From: Proteobacteria bacterium CAG:495
Lineage (GTDB): Bacteria; Pseudomonadota; Alphaproteobacteria; RF32; CAG-239
Assembly (NCBI GenBank): GCA_000432275.1
Contig: HF995302.1
Coordinates: forward strand, 8,589-72,588
Direction of reading: 5' to 3'
Length of the DNA: 64,000 nucleotides
Below, piece by piece: positions 18,068-27,931 of the stretch (positions within the stretch are counted from its first letter, which is position 1; each line of letters begins with the position of its first letter). The notes under the pieces were generated by a model, which did not search any database, was not told the DNA's origin, and saw nothing but the letters and a program-made list of their open reading frames with translations. Made by a program: the position numbers and the translations under genes.

Positions 18068-19118
18068 AAATAACTTCCTGTGATAATTCGTCGAGGTCGA
18101 CTTTTTCAACTTCTTCGCGAATGGTGGCTACAAAATTTTGACGCACCAAAGTGGCAGCGTTACTGACGGCAACCGAAAACCCGAGGGCATCCGTTCCGCC
18201 GTGGCTTTTAACCGAGAGGCCGTTGAGGCCGACAAACATGGCGCCGTTATAGAGGCGGGGATCCATTGTCTTTTTGACCTTGAGCATAACGCCCAGCATA
18301 AACGGCATTCCCAGTTTTGCCAAAAATGACTTTTTGATGGAGTCTTTTAACAAACGGACGACCAAACGTGCAGTGCCTTCAATCGATTTGAGGGCGATAT
18401 TGCCGGTAAACCCGTCGGCAACGATAACGTCGGCAACGCCGTTGGGGATTTCGTGCGGTTCAATATATCCTCGGAAATCAATGTTCATCCGCGAGTTTTT
18501 AATCATATGAGCAGCCTGGCGGATTTCTTCTTTGCCTTTCATCTCTTCGGCACCGATGTTCAGCAGGGCAACCCGCGGCTTTTCAATGCCCAGGGCATGA
18601 CGAGCCAAAATGTCTCCCATCATTGCAAACTCGGCCAGATTTATGGCGCTGCACTCGGTGTTGGCACCCAGGTCAAGCATAACGTATTTGCCGTGTTGAT
18701 GGGGCATAATGCTGACAATCGCCGGACGATGGATTTTTTGAATGGTCTTGAGAACCAGCTTGGAAATAGCCATCAACGCTCCGGTGTTTCCGGCTGAAAC
18801 GATAGCTTGCGCTTCTCCTTTGCGCACGGCGTCAATAGCCATGTACATACTGGTGTTTCGATTGCGGATAACTTGGGAAGGCTTGTCTTCGTTGTGAACG
18901 ACTTCCAGTGCATGGCGTACTTCACAAACCTTTTGTAAGGCGGGATATTGGCTAAGATTTGCGTTAATCTTCGCTTCATCCCCGAATAAGAGGAATTTGA
19001 CGTCGGGATTCTTTTTGGCGGCAATTGCCAACCCTTCTATGACGACTCGGGGGGAATTATCTCCCCCCATAGCATCGATTGATATGACCAGATTATTAGT
19101 AGACAAAACCTGCTCCAT
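18054..19118 (-). CDS. plsX: phosphate acyltransferase PlsX
   Basis: 354 aa; ISIDAMGGDNSP and the conserved plsX-fabH order. Confidence 0.9.
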   Translation of the reverse strand: MEQVLSTNNLVISIDAMGGDNSPRVVIEGLAIAAKKNPDVKFLLFGDEAKINANLSQYPALQKVCEVRHALEVVHNEDKPSQVIRNRNTSMYMAIDAVRKGEAQAIVSAGNTGALMAISKLVLKTIQKIHRPAIVSIMPHQHGKYVMLDLGANTECSAINLAEFAMMGDILARHALGIEKPRVALLNIGAEEMKGKEEIRQAAHMIKNSRMNIDFRGYIEPHEIPNGVADVIVADGFTGNIALKSIEGTARLVVRLLKDSIKKSFLAKLGMPFMLGVMLKVKKTMDPRLYNGAMFVGLNGLSVKSHGGTDALGFSVAVSNAATLVRQNFVATIREEVEKVDLDELSQEVIYEVY

Positions 19119-19164
19119 TCAAATGATAATACCTAAAAAACTTTAGGCAAGTTGTAGTAATAAA

Positions 19165-19353
19165 TTACTCAGCAGCAGCTTTTTTAGCAACTACTTCGCG
19201 ACCGTCGTACTGACCGCAGGCAGGGCATACGTTGTGAGGTCTTTTTAACTCACCGCAGTTCGGGCATTCTACATAAGAATTGCTCTTCAATGCATCGTGA
19301 GAACGGCGCATGTCGCGACGTGATTTTGAAACTTTCTTTTTAGGTGTAGCCAT
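19165..19353 (-). CDS. rpmF: 50S ribosomal protein L32
   Basis: 62 aa; [19 protein letters not shown]...[18 protein letters not shown]. Confidence 0.9.
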   Translation of the reverse strand: MATPKKKVSKSRRDMRRSHDALKSNSYVECPNCGELKRPHNVCPACGQYDGREVVAKKAAAE

Positions 19354-19524
19354 CTTCTTATACTCTAAAATTAATGTTATTTATTTGATTCAAGCGACAT
19401 TATTAACCTATTTAGTTTTTAAAATCAACTAAATAAAATGTCTTTTTTGCGAAATTCTGAAACCCTTTTACTCAATATTTTCCTATTTTGCAAGGACTTT
19501 TTTACAAATATAAAAGAGCAGCCC

Positions 19525-20043
19525 TTATTTCTTGAGTTTTGCAAGAACGGCAAAAGGATTCATCTTTTCCGTGGTCTCCTCGTCGAATTCCGATTCAAAC
19601 TCGAAAACTTCGCCGTCCTGACGGGGAAAATCGTCGATAACCAGGGCGATTTGCTCCATTGCGATTTCCGCCAAATCGATTTTGCCGTCAATAATAACGT
19701 CGGGAACCTCGTCGTCAAATTCAAACTCCATTTCCCGCAAATCCTTGGGAGACAGCTGCGTGTCAAAATTGATTTCAAATTCGGGCTCATAGGTTTTGGT
19801 AAAGTTTTCCAGCGAAATGACGCTCATCAGTTCCAGTTCGGCTCTGACTTTTCCCCAAACCTTCAGCTGATGTTCTTTTTTGGAAAGTTTTACGTTAAGG
19901 TCAGCTTCAAAGCTTTTGGCGTCAACCACCTTGAGAACGTCTGCGATAAATTTAAGTTCTTTTTCGTCAGCCTTGAATTTGTAGCGGCGTTGGGCGGCGC
20001 TCAATTCGTCTACGACCAACGGATATGAAAAAAGATTTTGCAT
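19525..20043 (-). CDS. yceD: YceD/DUF177 family protein
   Basis: 172 aa and acidic. It sits upstream of rpmF-plsX-fabH, as in many bacteria. Confidence 0.75.
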   Translation of the reverse strand: MQNLFSYPLVVDELSAAQRRYKFKADEKELKFIADVLKVVDAKSFEADLNVKLSKKEHQLKVWGKVRAELELMSVISLENFTKTYEPEFEINFDTQLSPKDLREMEFEFDDEVPDVIIDGKIDLAEIAMEQIALVIDDFPRQDGEVFEFESEFDEETTEKMNPFAVLAKLKK

Positions 20044-20107
20044 AAATACTTTCCTTATGATATAAAGTGATTACTTTTATAATGGATATAACTGCAAGGA
20101 TGCTCGT

Positions 20108-20581
20108 ATGTCAATAAACAAAATGATATGCACTTGTTCACTGGTATTGCTTTTGGCTTCCGGCTGCTCGACCGAAAAGGCAAACGAATGGTTTGTCACC
20201 CACAACGGAAATATGCCCACTAACGAACGTATCAGCCGTATTGAGGTTGGCGACAGCAAAGAGGAGGTTCGTCAGATTTTGGGCTCGCCGTCTTCAGTCG
20301 TTTCTTTTGACAAGAATACCTGGATTTATATGTCGTCGGATGTCAGACGCATTGCGTTTTTCGCTCCGGAGGAAATTGACCGTGATGTTTTGACGGTTAA
20401 ATTTAATGACAATGACGAGGTACAGGAAATCTCGCGCCTCAGCAAGAACGACGGTGAACAGATTAACGTCAATCCTGATGAAACCGAGGCATTGGGACAA
20501 GAACCCGGATTCTTCCAGAAATATTTTGGCGGGGTAGGGCAGTACAATCCGTTCGGAATGCGTAACAGCTCCGCTCTTTAG
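20108..20581 (+). CDS. bamE: outer membrane protein assembly factor BamE (SmpA/OmlA lipoprotein)
   Basis: Lipobox LLLASGC; RIEVGDSKEEVRQILGSPS...KNTWIYM is the typical BamE core. Confidence 0.7.
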   Translation: MSINKMICTCSLVLLLASGCSTEKANEWFVTHNGNMPTNERISRIEVGDSKEEVRQILGSPSSVVSFDKNTWIYMSSDVRRIAFFAPEEIDRDVLTVKFNDNDEVQEISRLSKNDGEQINVNPDETEALGQEPGFFQKYFGGVGQYNPFGMRNSSAL

Positions 20582-20596
20582 CTTGAACAAAACTTG

Positions 20597-20626
20597 AAAA
20601 AGCTCTCTTCGGGGAGCTTTTTTTTA
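20597..20626 (+). terminator. intrinsic terminator after bamE
   Basis: AGCTCTC-TTCG-GGGAGCT followed by T8. Confidence 0.7.
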
Positions 20627-20765
20627 TGTCTGCTGCAAACTCTGGCAATGGCGGCAAGGTCGGGAAACTGCAGCGAGCCGTGACATAAGCTTTATATCTC
20701 TTGGTGTCAAAAGATATGCTCAGTTTCCCGTCGGGAAATGTTCAAAGGCTTACGGTTGCGGAGCA

Positions 20766-20795
20766 TAAAAAAAGACCACCTGTAAAAGGTGGCCG
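20766..20795 (-). terminator. orphan intrinsic terminator in an ORF-poor gap
   Basis: Minus strand: CCACCT-5 nt loop-AGGTGG followed by CTTTTTTT. No annotated gene ends here. Confidence 0.45.
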
Positions 20796-21077
20796 GAGAG
20801 TTCAACTATCAACGTGCGCTTACATGACCTTTAAGTTTTTAAAAACACAACCGAAATTGTGCTTTCTGGACATATACTTAAAGCTCCCCGACCTTATTCT
20901 TATCGGGGATATGTCTATCTTCCTGTCTGTAAACAGGCAAAATTAACGATGCATATCCAACACCGAAGCGCATGTGAGCCGTTGAAAGCCCCGAACCGCT
21001 AGGTTCTGATATAATATAATTATACCTGACAATGAATATAAAGGAAAAGATAGCCGGTTGCAAGCAATTTTTTTAGG

Positions 21078-21110
21078 CAATAAAAAAGCCCTTCGCGGTG
21101 AAGGGCTTTA
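21078..21110 (-). terminator. intrinsic terminator after the permease pair
   Basis: Minus strand: AAGCCCTTC-ACCGC-GAAGGGCTT followed by TTTTATT. It lies 16 nt after the stop at 21126. Confidence 0.7.
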
Positions 21111-21125
21111 ATTCCGGCAAAGAGC

Positions 21126-22496
21126 TTAACCGCCGACGCCGAGGCCCAGCATAAAGTATTCGACATACAAATACGCCGTGGCAATGGCAACCGTCAGCAG
21201 CATAATCGGCATTGACCAGGCCATAAAGCCGATAAAGCTGATGGGGTTTCCGTTTCGGGTGGCCATACCGGCAACGATAACGTTGGCCGAAGCGCCGATA
21301 AGCGTACCGTTTCCGCCGAAACAGGCACCCAGAGAAAGCGCCCACCAGACCGGCATCATCGCTTCGCGTCCGCCCATCGCTTCTTCCATGGATTTCAGCA
21401 TCGGAATCATAGTGGCGACAAACGGAATATTGTCAATGGCCGCAGAGACAATGGCCGATACCCAGATAATCAGCAGGCTGGCCTTTTGAATACTGCCTTC
21501 GGTCAGCTCAATGAACTTTTGTCCCAGCAGGCTGAGCACGCCGGTAACCTCCAGGCCGTAAACAATGACGAACAAGCCGGCAAAGAAGAAAATCGTTGTC
21601 CAGTCTACGATGGAGAAAATTTCTTCAACCTTATGATCGCGTTCTTCGTGGTTTTTACCGAGGGTATAAAGCAGGAGCAAGACGGCACCGCCGAAAATGG
21701 CGATTGTTCCGTTAGCTATGTGAAAATGCTCTGCGCTGATAAAACCGGCAATGACGAGGAACAAAACGCTTAACGATTTAATCAGCAGTCCTTTGTCTTG
21801 AATCGCGGCATTCTCGTCCAGATTCATAACTTTGGTGCGGCGTGCTTTGGTAGAAACCAGGCGGCGTCCCCAGAAGAAGTCAAAAATACCGATTAAAACA
21901 ATCATACAGATAGTGACGATAGGCGTCAGCTCAAATAAAAAGTCGGTAAACGACAAACCGAGCGCCGAACCGATAAGGATGTTGGGCGGGTCGCCGATAA
22001 GCGTGGCCGTACCGCCGATGTTTGATGCGAAAATCTCAATCAACAGGAACGGATAAGTCGGAATACCGAGTTTTTTGGTAATCTGCAACGTAACCGGCAC
22101 AATCAGCAAAACAGTGGTGACGTTATCCAAAAATGCCGAGAAGACGGCGGTCACGATTGCCAGAACAATCAGTATGCCGCGCGGACTGGCTTTTACCTTT
22201 TTGGTGGCCCATATCGCCACATACTGAAAAATGCCGGTTTTTTCCGAAATGCCGACAATCATCATCATGCCGATAAGCAGCGCCAGAGTGTTGAAGTCAA
22301 TGCCTTTGAAGGCGTCGGCTTGGGTTAAGATGCCTGCAAAAACCATAATTGACGCGCCCAATAATGCAACCACGGCTCGGTTGAGCTTTTCGGTAAACAA
22401 AATGACATAGGCCATTATTACGATTGATGCGGCTACGATTTTAGCGTCCATACCCCATACTAGGGACGGAACCGCGCTTAAGTCTGCACCATGCAT
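21126..22496 (-). CDS. ArsB/NhaD (citrate-transporter/SLC13-like) superfamily permease, copy 1
   Basis: Multi-pass membrane protein; DNVTTVLL, NIGGTATLIGDPPNILIG and FGGNGTLIGASANV. ATG at 22496 with an AAGGAA SD; the track start 22523 is a TTG. Confidence 0.8.
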   Translation of the reverse strand: MHGADLSAVPSLVWGMDAKIVAASIVIMAYVILFTEKLNRAVVALLGASIMVFAGILTQADAFKGIDFNTLALLIGMMMIVGISEKTGIFQYVAIWATKKVKASPRGILIVLAIVTAVFSAFLDNVTTVLLIVPVTLQITKKLGIPTYPFLLIEIFASNIGGTATLIGDPPNILIGSALGLSFTDFLFELTPIVTICMIVLIGIFDFFWGRRLVSTKARRTKVMNLDENAAIQDKGLLIKSLSVLFLVIAGFISAEHFHIANGTIAIFGGAVLLLLYTLGKNHEERDHKVEEIFSIVDWTTIFFFAGLFVIVYGLEVTGVLSLLGQKFIELTEGSIQKASLLIIWVSAIVSAAIDNIPFVATMIPMLKSMEEAMGGREAMMPVWWALSLGACFGGNGTLIGASANVIVAGMATRNGNPISFIGFMAWSMPIMLLTVAIATAYLYVEYFMLGLGVGG

Positions 22497-22571
22497 AGAA
22501 TAGTTCCTTCTTATTGTTAACAAACACTATTCTTATAGCTGATGACATCCTAATAATGTCTTAACTTCCGC

Positions 22572-23882
22572 CTAAAAGTAGCGGAAATGGAGATAAATCG
22601 CCGCTATTCCGACGCTGATGACCATGGTCGGCAATGCCCACAGCAAAAAACGGACGAAACTGATATTGACGCCTTCCTTGTTTGCCATGCCGGCAACGAT
22701 AACGTTGGCCGAAGCCGCGATTAGAGAGCCGTTTCCGCCAAAACATGAACCCAGAGACAAGGCCCACCAGACCGGCATGATAACATCCCGTCCGCCTAAA
22801 GCGTTTTCTACATTTTTAATCAAAGGTATCATGGTCGCCACAAACGGGATATTTCCCAGCAAAGTGGAGGCAAAGGCCGACAGCCACAGCATAATCATTG
22901 TCGCCCGTTTGATACTTCCTTCGGCCATATTGATAAACCAGTCGGCAAGCGGTGTCAGTGCTCCGGCTTCCTCAAGTCCGAATACCAGGGCAAAGAGGCC
23001 TGCAAAGAAAAAGATTGTGGTCCAGTCAACCAGATTAAAGGCTTGTTCTATTTTGTGTTCCCGCTCAAAGTTGTCGCTTCCTGCGGTGTATAAAATCAAT
23101 AAGACCGCAGCACCGAACATAGCGATGGTTCCGTTGGCAATATGATAATGTTCTGCGGCGATAAAACCTCCGATAACGGCAATCAAAACCGTAAGCGACT
23201 TCCACATCAGCGCCCGGTCCGTTATTACCGCAGCAGCCTCCAACTGTAAAACTTCGTTGCGCAGAAAATCCGGGCTTTCCATTTTGCGTCCCCATATTGC
23301 GTCAAGAGCCAAAAGCAGCACAACCATTGTAATCGCCACAACCGGAGTCAGGGCGTATACGAAGTCCATAAACGACAAGCCGAGCGCCGAGCCGATGAGG
23401 ATATTGGGCGGATCTCCGATAAGCGTGGCCGTGCCGCCGATGTTGGAAGCTAAAATTTCCATTATTAAAAACGGGTAGGGCGAAACCTTCAGCTTGCGGG
23501 TAACCTGAAATATAATCGGAACCATTAGCAAAACAGTGGTAACATTGTCCAAAAATGCAGAAAAAACAGCTGTAACAACGGCTAAAACCATCAACAGCAT
23601 ACGTGGTCGGGCCTTAACTTTCTGCGCTGACCATATGGCCACAAACTGAAACATTCCCGATTTTTCGCCAATACCCACAATGGTCATCATGCCGATAAGC
23701 AGTGCCAGCGTATTAAAGTCGACGGCGGCCAGAGCGCTTTCCTGCGTCAGCACCCCTGCAAAAATCATTAATGACGCGCCCAGAATGGCCACAACCGCAC
23801 GGTTGAGCTTCTCGGTGAACAACAGAACATAACTAAGCGTCAGGATGATAACCGCCATCATCATCTTGTCACTGAGCTGCAT
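22572..23882 (-). CDS. ArsB/NhaD superfamily permease, copy 2 (tandem paralogue)
   Basis: 436 aa. Same motif set and clearly collinear with copy 1. Confidence 0.8.
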   Translation of the reverse strand: MQLSDKMMMAVIILTLSYVLLFTEKLNRAVVAILGASLMIFAGVLTQESALAAVDFNTLALLIGMMTIVGIGEKSGMFQFVAIWSAQKVKARPRMLLMVLAVVTAVFSAFLDNVTTVLLMVPIIFQVTRKLKVSPYPFLIMEILASNIGGTATLIGDPPNILIGSALGLSFMDFVYALTPVVAITMVVLLLALDAIWGRKMESPDFLRNEVLQLEAAAVITDRALMWKSLTVLIAVIGGFIAAEHYHIANGTIAMFGAAVLLILYTAGSDNFEREHKIEQAFNLVDWTTIFFFAGLFALVFGLEEAGALTPLADWFINMAEGSIKRATMIMLWLSAFASTLLGNIPFVATMIPLIKNVENALGGRDVIMPVWWALSLGSCFGGNGSLIAASANVIVAGMANKEGVNISFVRFLLWALPTMVISVGIAAIYLHFRYF

Positions 23883-23957
23883 ATCATAATCTCCTCAATT
23901 CGTTTTTTTGCAGATAGATTAAATATATGTATCAATAAGCTGAAATAAAGATTTAAA

Positions 23958-24692
23958 TTAATCTTTGGTCTTGGAAATGTAGTTGATAATTCCGTAAAGC
24001 GTATTCAATTCCTGTTCCGTCAGTTCTCTGCGGGTAAAGATGTTACGCAGGTTGATAACCAGTTTTTCTCGTTGCGCGTCAATTTTGTAGTTGCCGCAGC
24101 CTTCCATTTTATTTTCCAGAAAACCGCAAAAAGCCAACACTTTTTCTTTGTCTGCCAATTGAGTGTGATTAGTCACGAACTGCTCTTCCGGAGCTTGAAT
24201 TTGGGTTTTGTAAAACTCATAGCCGGCCAAAAGCACCGCTTGCGACAAATTAAGCGAACAATGGCGCGGATTGAGCGGAATATTAATGATTGCATCAGCC
24301 AGGGACACGTCGTCGTTATGAAGTCCCGTCCGCTCCGGCCCGAATAAAATTCCTGTTCGGATTCCTTCTCTGCATTTGTTGTTCAGCTCGGCTGCAGCTC
24401 TGTCTGCGGTAAAAACCTGCTTGGTCTGGTCTCTGTGCCGGGCAGTCGTTGCCGCAACATAATGCAAGTCGGCAATGGCGTCTGCGGTCGAACCGAAAAT
24501 TTCGGCGTTTTCCAGAATTTCTTCGGCGTTTGAGGAGGCCGATATGGCTTTTGCCGAAAGGTGGTCTTCTCTGGGGTTAACCAGGCGCATATTGTAAAGG
24601 CCGCAATTCATCATGGCTCGAGCCGCCATACCGACGTTTTCGGCCAATTGCGGTTCAACCAGAATAACATAGGGTTGATTGGAATTTGTCAT
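23958..24692 (-). CDS. trmJ: SpoU/TrmH-class tRNA 2'-O-methyltransferase (TrmJ-like)
   Basis: 244 aa; VILVEPQLAENVGMAARAMMNCGLYNMRLVNP and ...GPERTGL...IPLNP..SLNLSQAV. Confidence 0.7.
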   Translation of the reverse strand: MTNSNQPYVILVEPQLAENVGMAARAMMNCGLYNMRLVNPREDHLSAKAISASSNAEEILENAEIFGSTADAIADLHYVAATTARHRDQTKQVFTADRAAAELNNKCREGIRTGILFGPERTGLHNDDVSLADAIINIPLNPRHCSLNLSQAVLLAGYEFYKTQIQAPEEQFVTNHTQLADKEKVLAFCGFLENKMEGCGNYKIDAQREKLVINLRNIFTRRELTEQELNTLYGIINYISKTKD

Positions 24693-24707
24693 TAAAGTGT
24701 CCTGAAT

Positions 24708-25211
24708 TTATTGTTTTCCGGCAGTTCCGTCCGCAGTTGCCTTTTCCGGCTCATCATCAGTCTGCGGCAGGAGTTTTTCATTGAAATATTTTTCAACGGC
24801 TTTTGCATTGTTTACGTCAACGTTGTCTTTTTTGAATTCAATTTGCTGGTCGCTGGACAGTGAGAGGTTTTCTCTCCGAACCTGAACCTCGCTGTAGCGG
24901 TTCAAGGCATCGACAATACCTCTTAACTCGGAGGGTTCATATTTTTGAGAGGCATATTTTAGCTTTTTCATGAGCGGAGCCTGTGCCGCAATAATTTGTT
25001 CGGGAGTAGCTTCCGTCGGTCTGACGACCTTTGTTTCCTTTTCCTGTTCGGCGGTTTCTTCCCGGGCGACGGTTTCCGTCTGCGTTTTAATCGGCTCGGC
25101 AACAGTCGTCTTAACGCTTTCGCCGGTCCGTTGAACATGAAAAACCTGTGCTTCTGCGTTAGAAAGGCACATAAAACAGGATATGGCTAATAAACCGAAA
25201 TTTTTTAACAT
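24708..25211 (-). CDS. secreted hypothetical protein
   Basis: Preferred start MLKNFGLLAISCFMCLSNAEA (signal peptide) at 25211. The track start 25256 would overlap the upstream gene. Confidence 0.5.
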   Translation of the reverse strand: MLKNFGLLAISCFMCLSNAEAQVFHVQRTGESVKTTVAEPIKTQTETVAREETAEQEKETKVVRPTEATPEQIIAAQAPLMKKLKYASQKYEPSELRGIVDALNRYSEVQVRRENLSLSSDQQIEFKKDNVDVNNAKAVEKYFNEKLLPQTDDEPEKATADGTAGKQ

Positions 25212-25233
25212 CGGAAAATCCTTTTCAGGCGGG

Positions 25234-25824
25234 TTAGTCGGTTGACAGAATATCAATGCTGTTAAACAGGATATTTTCCATATCTAAACCGGTACCGTCT
25301 TCAACAACGTCTATAAAACCGGAAAACATCGTATCGAAAGGATTGTTTTGATGGCCTAAACCGTCATAGGCTTCTCGGAGCTGTTTGGCATAGTTTTTCG
25401 GCAGGTCTTTAATTCCCTGATCATAACTCGCGGGAATTTTATATCCGAGATTTCTCAAATGCTGTGTGGCAACCAACATATTGTGGCGGTTGACTTCGGG
25501 AGCAATCATCTCCTGTCCCATGGCGTTTCCGTAGGTTGTAGCTTCGCCTATGTAGTTCAGCTTGCCGTGCTGACCGCTTCCGCGCCAGGTTTTGATGCCG
25601 CTTTTGTCGCGAGCCCGAGCCCATGGATCAACCGGCAGAATTTCTCCACCGTTGGCAGTATTGTCATAAACCGGAGCGTGGGTAACGTCGGTATCGGCGA
25701 CATTATCGCCCATATATCCTTCGTTGGGTTTAATTTCCCACGGATTTGAAGGTAATTGTGCAAATGCGGAAGCCGCTGTCAATAAACAGCTTGCTCCGGC
25801 CAAAAGATATGCAAATTTTTTCAT
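25234..25824 (-). CDS. secreted hypothetical protein
   Basis: 196 aa with signal peptide MKKFAYLLAGASCLLTAASAFA. No known motif recognised. Confidence 0.55.
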   Translation of the reverse strand: MKKFAYLLAGASCLLTAASAFAQLPSNPWEIKPNEGYMGDNVADTDVTHAPVYDNTANGGEILPVDPWARARDKSGIKTWRGSGQHGKLNYIGEATTYGNAMGQEMIAPEVNRHNMLVATQHLRNLGYKIPASYDQGIKDLPKNYAKQLREAYDGLGHQNNPFDTMFSGFIDVVEDGTGLDMENILFNSIDILSTD

Positions 25825-25897
25825 AATACCCTCCCAAACTACTCCTACCTAATATTATCATACTATAAATCATAGCAAAATAATAGTTACAAAATTG

Positions 25898-26791
25898 TTA
25901 TAATTTTGCAAAATCCGTCTTATTTAATTTATTTCTCAGTTTTTTTGCACCTGTTGAAAATTTTAAATGATCACAGTCTAAAAAATCTCGACTTTCAAAA
26001 TCAACGTCATCATAAAAGTTCAACAACCGGATATGTGGATTGTTTTGCACAATATTGTTGATTTGTGCAAATAATATGTCGGAGGATTCCAATAAAGATT
26101 TGTAGTCATTTCTGTAAGGAGGAATCACAATTATAAGAGTATGTCCATTCTTTTTGCTGTCATCTATAAGCATTTTTAAATATTTTAATGGATGAGGTTG
26201 ACGTTTGTTATGCTTTTTGTGTTTTTCTGCCACATATTGAACAAGCTCTGATGACATATCAATATAGTTGTCGTCGTGTTGGAAGGTGTTTGCTTGGGTC
26301 GATATTATCTGAATGTTTTGTTTTATTTGTTTTTCTGCCGCTTTTACAGCCTTTTTCTTTAATTCTTTTTCATTTTCGTAAGGTATCCCAAAAAATAATT
26401 TAAGAGGAACACATCTGCAATATTCCGAACATTTGCCTAGATTAAAGCCATTTGAAAAAACAGAAAAAAATAAAATAACTTGTTTAAGATTACACATTTG
26501 TGGAGCAAACAATTTATAAAGTTGATAAGAATAATATAAATCTTGAGATGAAGTTCCTAAATTTAGTTCTTTGTCTTGTTCTGCCAAGCCTCTCATAGCA
26601 TGAGACGAACCAAGAATTAATCTTTGTGCAAATAGTTTTTTTTCGGAATGTTTTTTTAGGAAAAAAGGTTGAATAGAATACTCAATAAGCTGTTCTGTAT
26701 TTAATTTTAAACCAAAATATTCCCTAATATAATGCCGAATACGTTTTGACGGAATAAGATTAGATAATAGTTTTATTATAATTTTAGACAT
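25898..26791 (-). CDS. hypothetical protein in a very AT-rich segment; weak SGNH/DltD-like hints
   Basis: 297 aa. The motifs LILGSSHAMRG and a C-terminal DCDHL are only suggestive. Spot counts give 22-33% GC against about 55% in the flanks. Confidence 0.5.
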   Translation of the reverse strand: MSKIIIKLLSNLIPSKRIRHYIREYFGLKLNTEQLIEYSIQPFFLKKHSEKKLFAQRLILGSSHAMRGLAEQDKELNLGTSSQDLYYSYQLYKLFAPQMCNLKQVILFFSVFSNGFNLGKCSEYCRCVPLKLFFGIPYENEKELKKKAVKAAEKQIKQNIQIISTQANTFQHDDNYIDMSSELVQYVAEKHKKHNKRQPHPLKYLKMLIDDSKKNGHTLIIVIPPYRNDYKSLLESSDILFAQINNIVQNNPHIRLLNFYDDVDFESRDFLDCDHLKFSTGAKKLRNKLNKTDFAKL

Positions 26792-26854
26792 AATACCCCC
26801 AATTTTGTGCCAACTGGGTTTGTATTTATCATATAGTTATAATTAAAACAATAT

Positions 26855-27931
26855 TTATTTAATAAAGCCGCCGCCCATGACTCTGGTGCCGTCGTAAAAA
26901 CAGCATCCTTGTCCGGGGGCCACGCCTGCAAATTCTTCTCTCAAACGAACAACGGCAGCGTTGCCGTCAAATTCAACCCTGGCCGGAACCGCTTTTTGCC
27001 GGGAGCGCAGCTTAACGTAAAGGTCGGCTCGGGAGGGCTGCATCTCTCCCAGCCAGTTAACGTTTTCAAGGCGGACTTCGGTTTGATACAAGTCTTTTTC
27101 CGCGCCGACTACGATACGGTTGTTTTGGGCGTCAATCTTTAATACGTAGAGAATGTCACCGCCGCCGATGCCCAAGCCCCGGCGTTGGCCGATTGTATAA
27201 TGGATAATGCCTTTGTGCCGCCCCAGAATTTTACCTTGCAGATTTATAATATCGCCGGGTTCGTCTTTGAAACCGGATTGAAGCTTTTCAATCAGATCTG
27301 CATATCTGCCGTCGGAGACGAAACAAATGTCCTGACTGTCTGCCTTATGGGCAATTTCTAACCCTGCTTCGGATGCCAAAGCTCTGGTTTGTTCTTTGCT
27401 GTAAGTCGCCAGCGGACAACGCAGCATCTGCAAAATGTCTTTTTTTACGGCAAACAAAAAGTAGCTCTGGTCACGTCGCACATCGCTGCCTTTATGAAGT
27501 TCCACGCCGTGTTCGGTAAGTCTGATGTCGGCATAATGTCCGGTAACGATGATGTCTGCACCTTTGGCTTGAGCCTCTTCGGCCAATAATCCGAGTTTAA
27601 TCTTTTTATTGCACATAATGCAGGGAGAGGGCGTTTCGCCGCGGAGATAAGCAGAGCTGAAGTAGTCGACAACCTCTTTGCGGAAGGCGGCTTTCATGTC
27701 CAGAAAATAATGCGGAATACCGAGCTTTTCGGCAACGACTGCAGCGTCAGCTATTGACGAAACCGTCGGAGCGTACGGAGGCAACAGCAAATCCATCGTC
27801 ATTCCAAAAACATCATATCCTTCTTTTTTCAGAAGATATGCGGTTGCCGAACTGTCAACGCCGCCGGACATGGCAACGCAGACTTTTGTATCTTGTGGTC
27901 TTTTATTCAGCCCCAGGCTGTTTGGTTTCAT
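26855..27931 (-). CDS. mnmA: tRNA 2-thiouridine(34) synthase MnmA
   Basis: 358 aa; [12 protein letters not shown]-loop, ..[10 protein letters not shown].., KDQSYFL-like DQSYFLF. Confidence 0.9.
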   Translation of the reverse strand: MKPNSLGLNKRPQDTKVCVAMSGGVDSSATAYLLKKEGYDVFGMTMDLLLPPYAPTVSSIADAAVVAEKLGIPHYFLDMKAAFRKEVVDYFSSAYLRGETPSPCIMCNKKIKLGLLAEEAQAKGADIIVTGHYADIRLTEHGVELHKGSDVRRDQSYFLFAVKKDILQMLRCPLATYSKEQTRALASEAGLEIAHKADSQDICFVSDGRYADLIEKLQSGFKDEPGDIINLQGKILGRHKGIIHYTIGQRRGLGIGGGDILYVLKIDAQNNRIVVGAEKDLYQTEVRLENVNWLGEMQPSRADLYVKLRSRQKAVPARVEFDGNAAVVRLREEFAGVAPGQGCCFYDGTRVMGGGFIK

